DNA of 64,000 nt from Microgenomates group bacterium (lineage in GTDB: Bacteria; Patescibacteriota; Microgenomatia; UBA1400; MFAQ01). The number at the start of each line of letters is the position of its first letter. Position 1 is the stretch's first letter. The stretch spans positions 380,541-444,540 of the forward strand of contig JBAQNH010000002.1 in assembly GCA_049303575.1 (NCBI GenBank). The letters run 5' to 3'. The notes under the pieces are model-generated. The model was not told where the DNA came from. It saw only the letters and a list, made by a program, of their open reading frames with translations, and made no database searches. Shown here one piece after another: positions 1 to 8,827 of this stretch. A program made the position numbers and the translations under genes.

Positions 1-10
1 AAGAAATAGT

Positions 11-916
11 ATGAACACCGCTCTAAAAAACATTCGCCGTTCACCCTACCAAGCCCTGTCTGCCATTTTCATTGTTAGCTTAACCATGTTTATCGTCGGC
101 GTCTTTGCTTTAGTCACTTTTGCTTCTCAGGAAATTCTCAACAACTTTGAAACCAAACCTCAAATCATCGCCTATCTCAAAGACGGTCACACCACCGAAC
201 AAGTTGGTGGACTTCTTAGTTCTCTAAACTCCACCGAGGGAGTCAAAAACGCCATTTATATTAGTAAAGACGACGCTTTAGAGCTCTACAAAAAAAGTGT
301 CGGCAACGACCCGGTGCTTCTCGGCACCGTTACCGACTGGGGAATTGTCACCGCTGACATTCTTCCCGCCAGTATTGAAATTACCGCTCAAAACCCTGAA
401 TCCTTCAAAAACATCGCTGCCACTTTGGAAAAAAGCGACATAATAAGTGTTACTCCTCAAGGTAAAAAGGAAATTGACTATCCTCAAGACGTCATTTCCG
501 AACTCACCAAGTGGACTAACGCTATCCGTATCGGCGGCCTAGTTTTAGTCATTGCTCTCACTCTCGTTGCCATTCTTACAATCATGACCATCATTTCCAT
601 GAAGATCTCCTCCAGAAGATTTGAAATTAGCACCTTTAAACTTATGGGTGCCAAAAATTTCTACATCATCAAACCCTATCTTCAGGAATCCGTTATTTAT
701 GGTTTAGGCGGTGCTTTCATTGGCTGGCTTGGTTGTTTTGTGACGATTCTTTACTCCACTCCTTTCTTGGCTCCGAGAATCGGCTCAATCATCTCTTTCC
801 CTATTTCACCTCTTACTTTTGCCATTCTCTTTGGCGCCCTAATTGTTTTTGGTCTTACCATCTCTTTTATTTCCAGTCTCTTCGCCGCCACCAGGTTTGT
901 TAACCGTTCCAAATGA
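11..916 (+). CDS. ftsX: Cell-division ABC transporter permease FtsX
   Basis: 301 aa. N-terminal cytoplasmic 'RRSPYQALSAIF' followed by TM1, a large extracytoplasmic loop, then 3 C-terminal TMs, which is the typical FtsX topology. The stop overlaps the start of the next gene (ATGA). Confidence 0.75.
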   Translation: MNTALKNIRRSPYQALSAIFIVSLTMFIVGVFALVTFASQEILNNFETKPQIIAYLKDGHTTEQVGGLLSSLNSTEGVKNAIYISKDDALELYKKSVGNDPVLLGTVTDWGIVTADILPASIEITAQNPESFKNIAATLEKSDIISVTPQGKKEIDYPQDVISELTKWTNAIRIGGLVLVIALTLVAILTIMTIISMKISSRRFEISTFKLMGAKNFYIIKPYLQESVIYGLGGAFIGWLGCFVTILYSTPFLAPRIGSIISFPISPLTFAILFGALIVFGLTISFISSLFAATRFVNRSK

Positions 917-2049
917 AAAAACTTCTGTTGGTTTTTGCCACCCTGCTTCTCTTTTTATGGATCAAGCCAACAAACGCCATTGATTGCGACGGCTCGGCTG
1001 ATTCTGTAGAAGCTTGTACTCAGAAAATTAACGAACTGAGAAACGAAGAAACAACCCTCAGTCAAGCAATTTCGGTTTTAAACGCAAAAATAAATCTTGC
1101 CCAAGCCCGAATAAATCAAACTCAGGTTCAAATAAACACTCTAGAGAGAGAAATTACTGTTTTGGATGGAGTTCTCGAAACAGTCAACGACTCCATGGAT
1201 CAGTTGGAAGTAATTTACACGGCTAGAGTTAGGGAAAGTTACAAACAGATGAGAGCCACTCCCGTCGATTTGATTTTTTCATCAAACTCCATAGGAGATT
1301 ACTTTAACAAAGTTAAGTATCTCAACACCGTGAAATCCAAGGACCAGTTAATTCTTGCCGAACTGGAGAGATCGAGAGTTGATTACGATCAAAGAAAAAA
1401 TGCCAAAGTCGAAAAACAACAAGAAGTCGAAAAACTAAAAGCGACCTTGGTTTCTCAGAGAAAAGCTCTTGACATTCAGCAAAAAGAAAAACAAAAAATA
1501 CTCTCTGCCACTCAAAGCGATGAGGCAAAATATCAACAGCTTCTAAGTCAGGCACTGGCCGAAAAAGCCGCCATTGAAAAAGCATTAATTTCGAGTGTAA
1601 AAGTCGGACCAATTAAAAAAGGCGAACCAATTGCCCTTACGGGAAACTCGGGATACCCCAGTTGTTCCACCGGTAAACATCTCCACTTTGAAATCAGAAA
1701 AAATGGAACGTGGACTGATCCGGGTGGGTATTTATCCAGTAAATCAGTCAAAGATGAACAAAACGGTGGGGGAAACGTCACAATCGGAAACGGAAGTTGG
1801 TCATGGCCGTTAAACGATACTATTCGCCTCACCCAATTTTATGGCAACACACCTTACTCTTGGCGATATAAATACTCCGGTGGTGTTCACACCGGTTACG
1901 ACATGGTTTCCACCTCAAGCGACATTATCTATGCACCCGCCGATGGTACTTTGTATAAATCGTCTCAAACTTGCGGCACAAGTAATATAAACATCGTCTA
2001 CATAGAACATGCCGATAGCGTTGTCAGTTTCTATCTTCACGTTCAGTAA
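913..2049 (+). CDS. EnvC-like coiled-coil protein with peptidase M23 (LytM) motifs in permuted order
   Basis: Signal peptide, long heptad/coiled-coil region (aa ~40-230), then 'GNSGYPSCSTGKHLHFEIRKNGTWTDP' (M23 C-terminal HxH block), then 'GGVHTGYDMVSTSSDIIYAPADGTLY...IVYIEHADSVVSFYLHV' (M23 N-terminal HxxxD block) at the extreme C-terminus. Translationally coupled to ftsX. Confidence 0.6.
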   Translation: MKKLLLVFATLLLFLWIKPTNAIDCDGSADSVEACTQKINELRNEETTLSQAISVLNAKINLAQARINQTQVQINTLEREITVLDGVLETVNDSMDQLEVIYTARVRESYKQMRATPVDLIFSSNSIGDYFNKVKYLNTVKSKDQLILAELERSRVDYDQRKNAKVEKQQEVEKLKATLVSQRKALDIQQKEKQKILSATQSDEAKYQQLLSQALAEKAAIEKALISSVKVGPIKKGEPIALTGNSGYPSCSTGKHLHFEIRKNGTWTDPGGYLSSKSVKDEQNGGGNVTIGNGSWSWPLNDTIRLTQFYGNTPYSWRYKYSGGVHTGYDMVSTSSDIIYAPADGTLYKSSQTCGTSNINIVYIEHADSVVSFYLHVQ

Positions 2050-2065
2050 CAAAATCCTGTTTTGA

Positions 2066-2959
2066 TTGATATACTGGTTAATAGTGAAATATTTTTCACT
2101 ACTGCTTACAACCTGCCTAGTATTTTTTCTGTTCCCAAAATCGGCTCATTCCGCCATCACCCTAAATATTTCTAATCTCGAAAAAGGAGAAAGTAATTTT
2201 TCTCTGGACGCCACTCTTTCTGGAATCTCCAGCTCTTCAAGCTGTTATGTTCAGGTTGTTATCACTGCTCCTGGTTCACCTCACTATTTTGGCCAAACGT
2301 GGAGTCCAAAAGGGGAGTGGTTCAAATATATTTCTTCTCCCGCCAAAGAGTACATTGTTGAGAACTTCATCAAACTGGAAAATGACCAAACAACCAAAAT
2401 CATCTTCAATACCGATCCCGATGACGAAGACTACAAAGGTCCTGGCGAATATTTGGTTAAACTTAATCGATATACTGGTGGCTCAACTTCTTCCGCCGGT
2501 GACTCAAACTCTCTTACGATGAATATTGCCGACCCTACGCCCACGTCGGATCCTACGACTATCATTACGGAAACACCCACCAATACTCCTACATCAACTA
2601 CCACACCAACAAACACTCCCACCAACACTTCCACACCCACACCGGTTAGAACACCCACTAAAACACCTACCCCAACACCTACTCCCACAACAAAATTAAA
2701 AACTACCACCCCTACCAAAACTCCAGTCATTGCAATCAAAACTACTCCGTCAAACTTACTTTCGACACCCTCCACCATTTTAGGTGAGTCTACCGACTCC
2801 GCCTCGTTAAGTGCCGATATGGTTGTAAATATTGAAATTACCCCCACTCCGGAAAATATAATTAATAAACCCAAAAACTATAAAACTCCATTTTTCATTG
2901 GTCTATTCCTTGCCGTTTCCTCCAGCGCCTTACTATATTTTCGCCATCGAAAAGATTAA
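2066..2959 (+). CDS. Secreted Thr/Pro-rich protein with C-terminal TM anchor
   Basis: N-terminal signal/TM, globular region, then a long low-complexity TPT(N/K)TPT linker (aa ~150-230) and C-terminal hydrophobic segment plus 'RHRKD'. No LPXTG. Confidence 0.5.
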   Translation: MIYWLIVKYFSLLLTTCLVFFLFPKSAHSAITLNISNLEKGESNFSLDATLSGISSSSSCYVQVVITAPGSPHYFGQTWSPKGEWFKYISSPAKEYIVENFIKLENDQTTKIIFNTDPDDEDYKGPGEYLVKLNRYTGGSTSSAGDSNSLTMNIADPTPTSDPTTIITETPTNTPTSTTTPTNTPTNTSTPTPVRTPTKTPTPTPTPTTKLKTTTPTKTPVIAIKTTPSNLLSTPSTILGESTDSASLSADMVVNIEITPTPENIINKPKNYKTPFFIGLFLAVSSSALLYFRHRKD

Positions 2960-2968
2960 AATACAAAA

Positions 2969-3359
2969 GATGGCTCGTAAATTTCTTAAATACACTCCGG
3001 TAGTTCTTTGGATGATCCTCATTTTTTGGATATCTTCAATTCCTGACCTTCCCTCAAACAAAGTTTATATTTTTGATTTTTTTGTTAAAAAATCCGCTCA
3101 TTTTCTGGAATACACCATTCTCTTTTTACTCTGGTACAGAGCGATAAGGGAAAAAAATCCTTTCCTGGCAATTGTCTTTTCTCTAATTTACGCTTTTACC
3201 GATGAAATCCACCAGCTTTTTGTCCCCGGTCGTACCGGCAGGCTTCAAGACGTGGGCATCGATTTTAGTGGCATGCTCATTTCCGCCCTATTAATAGTAA
3301 AATTTGACCTATGGAAACTACTTTTATCTCCACTTCCTACGAAGAAACTCGAGAAATAG
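2969..3359 (+). CDS. VanZ-like family membrane protein
   Basis: Start taken at the internal ATG (MARKFLKY...). Four TMs, with 'DEIHQLFVPGRTGRLQDVGIDFSGMLISALL' resembling the VanZ family signature. Confidence 0.5.
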
Positions 3360-3748
3360 CCAAAAAGTTTGCCGAAAAACTTGAAAGGGGCACCACCATC
3401 TGTCTCTATGGAGAACTTGCTGCTGGCAAAACCACTTTTACCCAAGGAATTGGTCAGGCTTTTGGCATAGAACGACTTGTTTCACCTACCTTTCTCATCA
3501 TGCGTCAGTATCCGGTTGAAAATCATCCCGTTATTAAAACCATTTATCATCTCGATCTGTATCGTCTTAACTCCATCGAAGACATCAAAGCTTTTGCTGT
3601 GGAAGAAATCTGGTCCGACCCCGAAAACCTTCTTGTTATCGAATGGCCGGAAAAGTTTAAGGAAAATCTCCCCCAAATTCGTTACGACATTTTTTTCAAA
3701 GCCAATGGTGAAAATGAAAGAGAAATTAAAATCCACGAACACAAATGA
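3311..3748 (+). CDS. tsaE: tRNA t6A37 biosynthesis ATPase TsaE
   Basis: Walker A 'GELAAGKTTF', 'SPTFLIMRQY', 'HLDLYRL'. Size is right for TsaE/YjeE (145 aa). Confidence 0.75.
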   Translation: METTFISTSYEETREIAKKFAEKLERGTTICLYGELAAGKTTFTQGIGQAFGIERLVSPTFLIMRQYPVENHPVIKTIYHLDLYRLNSIEDIKAFAVEEIWSDPENLLVIEWPEKFKENLPQIRYDIFFKANGENEREIKIHEHK

Positions 3749-4071
3749 GAATCTACATCGACTCCACCGACAACACCAAAGCCGTCATAAGAATTAATGA
3801 CAAAGAATATACGAGAAATGTGGAAAGTCCTAGAGATCAGGACGTCTTAGGTTTTCTTGTTCATTGTTTGGAAGAGCAAAACATCCGTCCTGAAGACATC
3901 GATGAAATTGAAGTCAATCCCGGACCCGGATCTTTTACCGGTACTCGTGTTGGCGTCGCCATTGCCAACGCCTTAGGATTTGCCCTAGATATTAAAGTTA
4001 ACGGCTCAATGACGTCTGTCGAGCCAATCTATTCTTCACCTCCGTCAATTACTCAAAAGAAAGAAACTTGA
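3745..4071 (+). CDS. tsaB: TsaB (YeaZ)-like protein, N-terminal half only
   Basis: 'MRIYIDSTDN...' and 'NPGPGSFTGTRVGVAIANALGFAL' match the TsaB/Kae1 N-terminal subdomain. At 108 aa it is about half the size of canonical TsaB. Confidence 0.6.
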   Translation: MRIYIDSTDNTKAVIRINDKEYTRNVESPRDQDVLGFLVHCLEEQNIRPEDIDEIEVNPGPGSFTGTRVGVAIANALGFALDIKVNGSMTSVEPIYSSPPSITQKKET

Positions 4072-4095
4072 CAATTATGAGGCCGACGTTACAAT
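4068..4095 (+). promoter_or_regulatory. Sigma70-like promoter TTGACA-16 nt-TACAAT upstream of the adhesin gene
   Basis: TTGACA at 4068-4073, a 16-nt spacer, then TACAAT at 4090-4095. It lies about 115 nt upstream of the 4211 ATG. Confidence 0.4.
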
Positions 4096-4163
4096 ACGTC
4101 CTAGAAGGCATTGATTTATAACCTCTATTTGGTCACTTTGGTTATAAGGAGCTAATAGTGAAA

Positions 4164-4185
4164 CCGATCTAAAAAATTAGATCGG
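4164..4185. promoter_or_regulatory. Perfect 9-bp inverted repeat (CCGATCTAA-N4-TTAGATCGG) in the adhesin 5' leader
   Basis: Seen directly in the sequence, ~25 nt upstream of the start codon. It could be an operator or an RNA hairpin. Confidence 0.3.
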
Positions 4186-4210
4186 TCTACTGCCTGAACA
4201 AAATAAATCA

Positions 4211-7200
4211 ATGAAGTCTCGAAATGTACGGAAAATAATTTCGTTTATTTCCTCTTTTAGTCTCGTACTTCAAACTTTTCTCCCCCTAACTCTTGCTTTG
4301 CCCGTTTATGCCGAAGATAGCACTTCTTCTGCAACGGTCGAACCAACTACTACCCCAACTCCAATACTAGAACCAACGGTCACACCCACGGTCGAACCAA
4401 CTACTACCCCAACTCCAATACTAGAACCTACCACTACACCGACTACTGAACCTACCCCAGATATTGATCCAGCAATCACCGCTACCCCAACCGCACAACC
4501 AACTACAGAGCCGATAGTTGAGCTAATAGCCGATCCAACCGTCGAACCTACAACCACCCCAGCTCCAACAGAAATTCTAAACAACTCTCCTCCTGCGGAA
4601 GAGACCGCTTCTTCTTCAGAATCCACTCCCTCTCAAACAGAAACCTCCGCAGTAGAAACCATTCCTGAACCAATAACGATTGTTTCTCAACTTGAACAAG
4701 CCATCACTCCCGAAATTAAACCAACTCTCACAACCGACAAACCAGATTACTTCCCAACAGACACGGTCCATATTACTGGTACCAACTTTCTTCCAAATAC
4801 AACCTACACGCTCCATATTTCTTCACAAGACAATCCTGTTTTCAACTATAATCCAGAAGTTACTTCCGATAAAAATGGAAGTATTTTTCACTCTTTCGTT
4901 TTAGACAACAACTACCGTCCTAACTATACTATCGACGCCCTCGATGCTTCAGGAACAATTGTCACTTCCTACTCTTTTACTGACACCGACCCGATAGCAA
5001 ATGTCAGCAATTTAACTGAATTAACTGCTGCCTTGGCAAATACAAGTGTTACGACAATCAATATCACGGCCAATATTTCGGGAATTACCTCTAGCATAAT
5101 AATTGGACGTGCCGTAATTATTAATGGCAATGGGTTTACCTTAAGCCCAACCTTCGAAAAAACTAGCAACTCCAACAACGCTACCCTTGCCATTTTAAGT
5201 TCAAATGTGACACTAAACAATCTAACTGTCGATGGCACCCTCGGCACTAGTTTGCACGGCATCAATATTTACATGGTAAATAATGTCCTGCTCGACAGTG
5301 TTAGTGTCTTAAATAATGATAGAGCTGGAATTGTAGTCAACGGTTCAATCGTGACCGTCAACAACATCACAACAGCTGGTAATGGTTGGGGTGGTATCAA
5401 CGTTGATCAGGGATCCGGCGTAACAACAGAGGCAAAGTTAATTATTAACGGCATTAGTTCTCACAACGAAGCCATCCACATTTGGCTCGATGACACCACT
5501 AAAACTGTTTCTGTTCAAGATACTAATCCAAAACAGTATATATATCAAGATTATGGAAATAAACGTATTTATACATTAAAAACTACCGGTAATTCCTCCG
5601 CTGATCTTGACCAGTGGGGCAACGAAGCTCCTGTTGGTTGGCAAAACGGCAATTTAAATGGTAATCAAGCGGACTATTTTGAAGGCGACTCTGTTGCCTA
5701 TAGAATGAAGTTTAATAATCTTTCTCTCTCATCCCACACAGTAACAATCGGTTGGGATACCACCAAAGGTGGAAAGCATGCGTTGGACTACCTAACTAGT
5801 TATGATCGAACTGAAACCACAGATCCCTGTTCCGGAGTCACTGGTTGTACCGGACCTGCAACAACTTTTACAATTCCCGCAGACTCAAATATTCCCGCCG
5901 ATCCAAACTGGACAGGATCACAAATTCCTGGTAATTTTTCACTCTTTGGAGGAACAATAACCGGCGTATCTTCATACAACTTGATAAATTCGTATTCAGG
6001 CGATAGTGAAACTCAAATAACTATTACCTTTACAGCTTCTCAAAACAATCCGGTTTTAGCGTGGGGTGGTCATATCGCAACAAGAGCTAATTGGGGCCAA
6101 AATAATTCTGCAATCTCTATTTCAGGTTCGCCATATCATATGAGACTAAGAGGACTAGATGGATCAGGAGGAAATCAAGATCGATCTTTGGCATCAGAAG
6201 CAGTCATTTATCCAGCTACAATTACTATTGTTAAAGATGCGGTTCCCAATAGTGCACAGGATTTTTCATTCACAACATCGGGGACTGAACTCCCAATCTT
6301 TTCTCTTGATGATGATTCAGATACAGCCCTTTCCAACTCCAAGGTGTTTTCCATTACCAATTTTGCTAGCAATAACGGAGACACAAAAACAATAACAGAA
6401 AATCCCCAAGGCGGATGGTTACTTACAGGATTGGTTTGTAATGACAACAATGGATCCATTAATTTAGAAACAAGAACAGCTACCTTATCTGTCGTAGAAG
6501 GTGAAAATCTCACTTGTACCTTCACCAATACGCAACAAAATGGAACACTGAGAGTCAATAAGATCACTGTACCCAATGAAGCAGAAATTTTCAGTGTTAC
6601 GGCAACTGGATCCGGAACTATAACCGGAAACGCAACCCAAAATGTAACAGGTGGATCATACGTAGACTTCACGGTTACAACTGGAACATACTCTGTTACT
6701 GAGTCTCCCAAAGCAGGATGGAGTGAAACAGAAAATACTTGTACAAATGTATCGGTTCCCGCAGGTGGAATGGGTGAATGTACAATCACCAATTCTCAAA
6801 GAGGAAGTATTTTTGGATATAAATATGAAGATGCCAACGGGGATGGACAATCTGGGGACTGGACACCTATTCAAAATTGGATAATCGAACTTTGGCAAGG
6901 ACAAGCAAAAGTTGGGCAAACCCAAACACTGGTAAACGGTTATTTCTCATTTACCGATCTTATTCGTGGTGAATACACCCTGATCGAACAAATGCCCTCA
7001 GGATGGACAAATGTATCTACCGATTCATTAAATGTTTCGCTAAATCCAGGCGAAAATGACGGATCGAATAATTTTGTAAACACTAGATACGGCACAATTA
7101 TTGTTGAAAAACAAACTCTTCCGGATGGAGATTTACAAAACTTTACCTTTACGGGTGACATTGCAGGTACCATCGCGGATGGAGAAACAATATCCGTTAT

Positions 7201-8827
7201 AAATCGTTTGCCTGGAAGGTATAGTTCGACAGAAGTACTTCCCGATGGTTGGGATTTGACATCAATTTCCTGTAGTGACCAAAACAGTTCTGGAAATATT
7301 AATACCGGAGTTGCAACTTTTAATATTGAATCAGGAGAAACTGTCAAATGTACCTTTACCAATACCAAAAGGGCTCATATTATCATTGAGAAAAATGCAA
7401 TTCCTGATGGTTCACAAGTATTTACGTTTAACAATAATTTTGGGAATGGAAATCTTACAACATTTAACTTAACTGACACCACCACCACTGGACTTCCAAA
7501 CTATAACGCTGAAGTACTTCCAGGAACCTATTCAGTCTCGGAGAATGAAATTACAGGGTGGAAACAAGACAGCGCAGTTTGTGGCAATGGAGAAACTATA
7601 GATAGTATTGATGTGGCTGCAGGCGAAACAGTGACCTGTACTTTCACTAATAATAAATTATCCACAATTACACTACTCAAAAACACCGTGGGTGGAAACG
7701 GAAGTTTTGATTTTGATGCGACAGGTGTTGGTTTACCAGCAGACATTGATTTATCAACTGTTGCGGGTGTTGCTAGCCAATCATTTACCAATCTAGACCC
7801 TGACAATACATATTCTATTTTTGAGAATGTTCCTGCAGGATGGGATTTAACAAGCGCAGTTTGCGACAATGGCGACTCTGTATCAAGGATTACTCCGAAT
7901 TCTGGAGAAGAAATTATTTGTACTTTTACAAATACTAAAAAAGGCAAAATCATCATTAAAAAAGAAACAAATTTAGATGAAGACCAAACTGAATTTAGAT
8001 TTTCCTCTTCGTACTCTGAGGGTAACTTCTACCTGTCTAATGGTGAACAAAACGATAGTGGCTATTTAACCCCCGGCACATACTCAGTAAGGGAATCATC
8101 TAATGAAGGAGATGGTTGGGAGCTTACTAGTGCAGTTTGTAGTAATGAAGACACTCCCAATGAGATAACTCTCGGTGCCGGTGAAGAAGTTACCTGTACC
8201 TTCACCAATGAATATACTAAGCCCGAACTTCAAATCAGCAAATCCAACTTTGCGGGAGGCGATAAAACTCCGGGAAGTGCAGTTACCTACAGGATCTTGC
8301 TTAAGGTCCTAGGTTCAGACATCGACGGCATCACAGTCGAAGATCTTTTGCCCAAGGGTTTTATATATCGACCCGGTTCATACCAAGTCAAGATTAATGG
8401 ATTGATTGTCGACATTGATGAACCAGATTATCAATCACCTGGTACTTGGATCATTGATTATCTTGTTAAAGCTGGCCAAGAGGTTGAACTTCTCTACACC
8501 GCCGATATTTCCGGAGATCAACAACCTGGTGTCTATCCCGATGCCGCTTGGGCAGTCGGAACCTCAATGACTGAAGAAGAAGTTTGGGCACTAGCTCAAA
8601 CAGATGGGTATGTAGACACCAACTTTGTCGGCACCGAAGTGAATGTCATCAAAAAACAAACTAGTGACGACTCTTACTCCGTCGAAAAAGAAGAAATTAA
8701 AAAGGGCGAAGTGCTTGGAGCCACGACCTCTTTACCCGCAACTGGGGCTTCACCTGCCTGGTTAATGTTAGCCTTCGTCTGTCTTGTCTATGGAATCAGA
8801 TTAATAAAGTCAGGTAACAAAAAGTAA
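4211..8827 (+). CDS. Giant LPXTG-anchored surface protein (adhesin-like)
   Basis: 1538 aa. Signal peptide, then Thr/Pro-rich tandem repeats and an Asn-rich region with beta-helix-like 'NGNGFTL/NITTAGNGWGG' repeats. At least 6 repeated ~110-aa domains each carry a 'GW(D/E)LTS..C....(T/K)CTFTN' Cys pair. A C-terminal 'YRILLKVLG...' DUF11-like domain follows. It ends in 'LPATG' plus a hydrophobic stretch plus 'KSGNKK'. Confidence 0.8.
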   Translation: MKSRNVRKIISFISSFSLVLQTFLPLTLALPVYAEDSTSSATVEPTTTPTPILEPTVTPTVEPTTTPTPILEPTTTPTTEPTPDIDPAITATPTAQPTTEPIVELIADPTVEPTTTPAPTEILNNSPPAEETASSSESTPSQTETSAVETIPEPITIVSQLEQAITPEIKPTLTTDKPDYFPTDTVHITGTNFLPNTTYTLHISSQDNPVFNYNPEVTSDKNGSIFHSFVLDNNYRPNYTIDALDASGTIVTSYSFTDTDPIANVSNLTELTAALANTSVTTINITANISGITSSIIIGRAVIINGNGFTLSPTFEKTSNSNNATLAILSSNVTLNNLTVDGTLGTSLHGINIYMVNNVLLDSVSVLNNDRAGIVVNGSIVTVNNITTAGNGWGGINVDQGSGVTTEAKLIINGISSHNEAIHIWLDDTTKTVSVQDTNPKQYIYQDYGNKRIYTLKTTGNSSADLDQWGNEAPVGWQNGNLNGNQADYFEGDSVAYRMKFNNLSLSSHTVTIGWDTTKGGKHALDYLTSYDRTETTDPCSGVTGCTGPATTFTIPADSNIPADPNWTGSQIPGNFSLFGGTITGVSSYNLINSYSGDSETQITITFTASQNNPVLAWGGHIATRANWGQNNSAISISGSPYHMRLRGLDGSGGNQDRSLASEAVIYPATITIVKDAVPNSAQDFSFTTSGTELPIFSLDDDSDTALSNSKVFSITNFASNNGDTKTITENPQGGWLLTGLVCNDNNGSINLETRTATLSVVEGENLTCTFTNTQQNGTLRVNKITVPNEAEIFSVTATGSGTITGNATQNVTGGSYVDFTVTTGTYSVTESPKAGWSETENTCTNVSVPAGGMGECTITNSQRGSIFGYKYEDANGDGQSGDWTPIQNWIIELWQGQAKVGQTQTLVNGYFSFTDLIRGEYTLIEQMPSGWTNVSTDSLNVSLNPGENDGSNNFVNTRYGTIIVEKQTLPDGDLQNFTFTGDIAGTIADGETISVINRLPGRYSSTEVLPDGWDLTSISCSDQNSSGNINTGVATFNIESGETVKCTFTNTKRAHIIIEKNAIPDGSQVFTFNNNFGNGNLTTFNLTDTTTTGLPNYNAEVLPGTYSVSENEITGWKQDSAVCGNGETIDSIDVAAGETVTCTFTNNKLSTITLLKNTVGGNGSFDFDATGVGLPADIDLSTVAGVASQSFTNLDPDNTYSIFENVPAGWDLTSAVCDNGDSVSRITPNSGEEIICTFTNTKKGKIIIKKETNLDEDQTEFRFSSSYSEGNFYLSNGEQNDSGYLTPGTYSVRESSNEGDGWELTSAVCSNEDTPNEITLGAGEEVTCTFTNEYTKPELQISKSNFAGGDKTPGSAVTYRILLKVLGSDIDGITVEDLLPKGFIYRPGSYQVKINGLIVDIDEPDYQSPGTWIIDYLVKAGQEVELLYTADISGDQQPGVYPDAAWAVGTSMTEEEVWALAQTDGYVDTNFVGTEVNVIKKQTSDDSYSVEKEEIKKGEVLGATTSLPATGASPAWLMLAFVCLVYGIRLIKSGNKK
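4334..4460 (+). repeat. Tandem 54-bp (18-aa TVEPTTTPTPILEPTVTP) coding repeat, ~2.3 copies
   Basis: A near-identical DNA unit starts at 4334 and again at 4388. Confidence 0.6.

Noticed and set aside
2431-2874. 147-aa minus-strand ORF rich in VGVGVG
   Set aside because: Reverse complement of the Thr/Pro-rich coding tract of the 2066 gene. Low-complexity antisense artefact.
4306-4626. 106-aa minus-strand Gly/Val-rich ORF
   Set aside because: Antisense of the TVEPTTTP tandem-repeat region of the adhesin gene.
6208-7956. Several 140-190-aa minus-strand ORFs inside the adhesin gene
   Set aside because: Fully embedded antisense to a 4.6-kb ORF that has coherent domain repeats and an LPXTG signal. 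No independent motifs.
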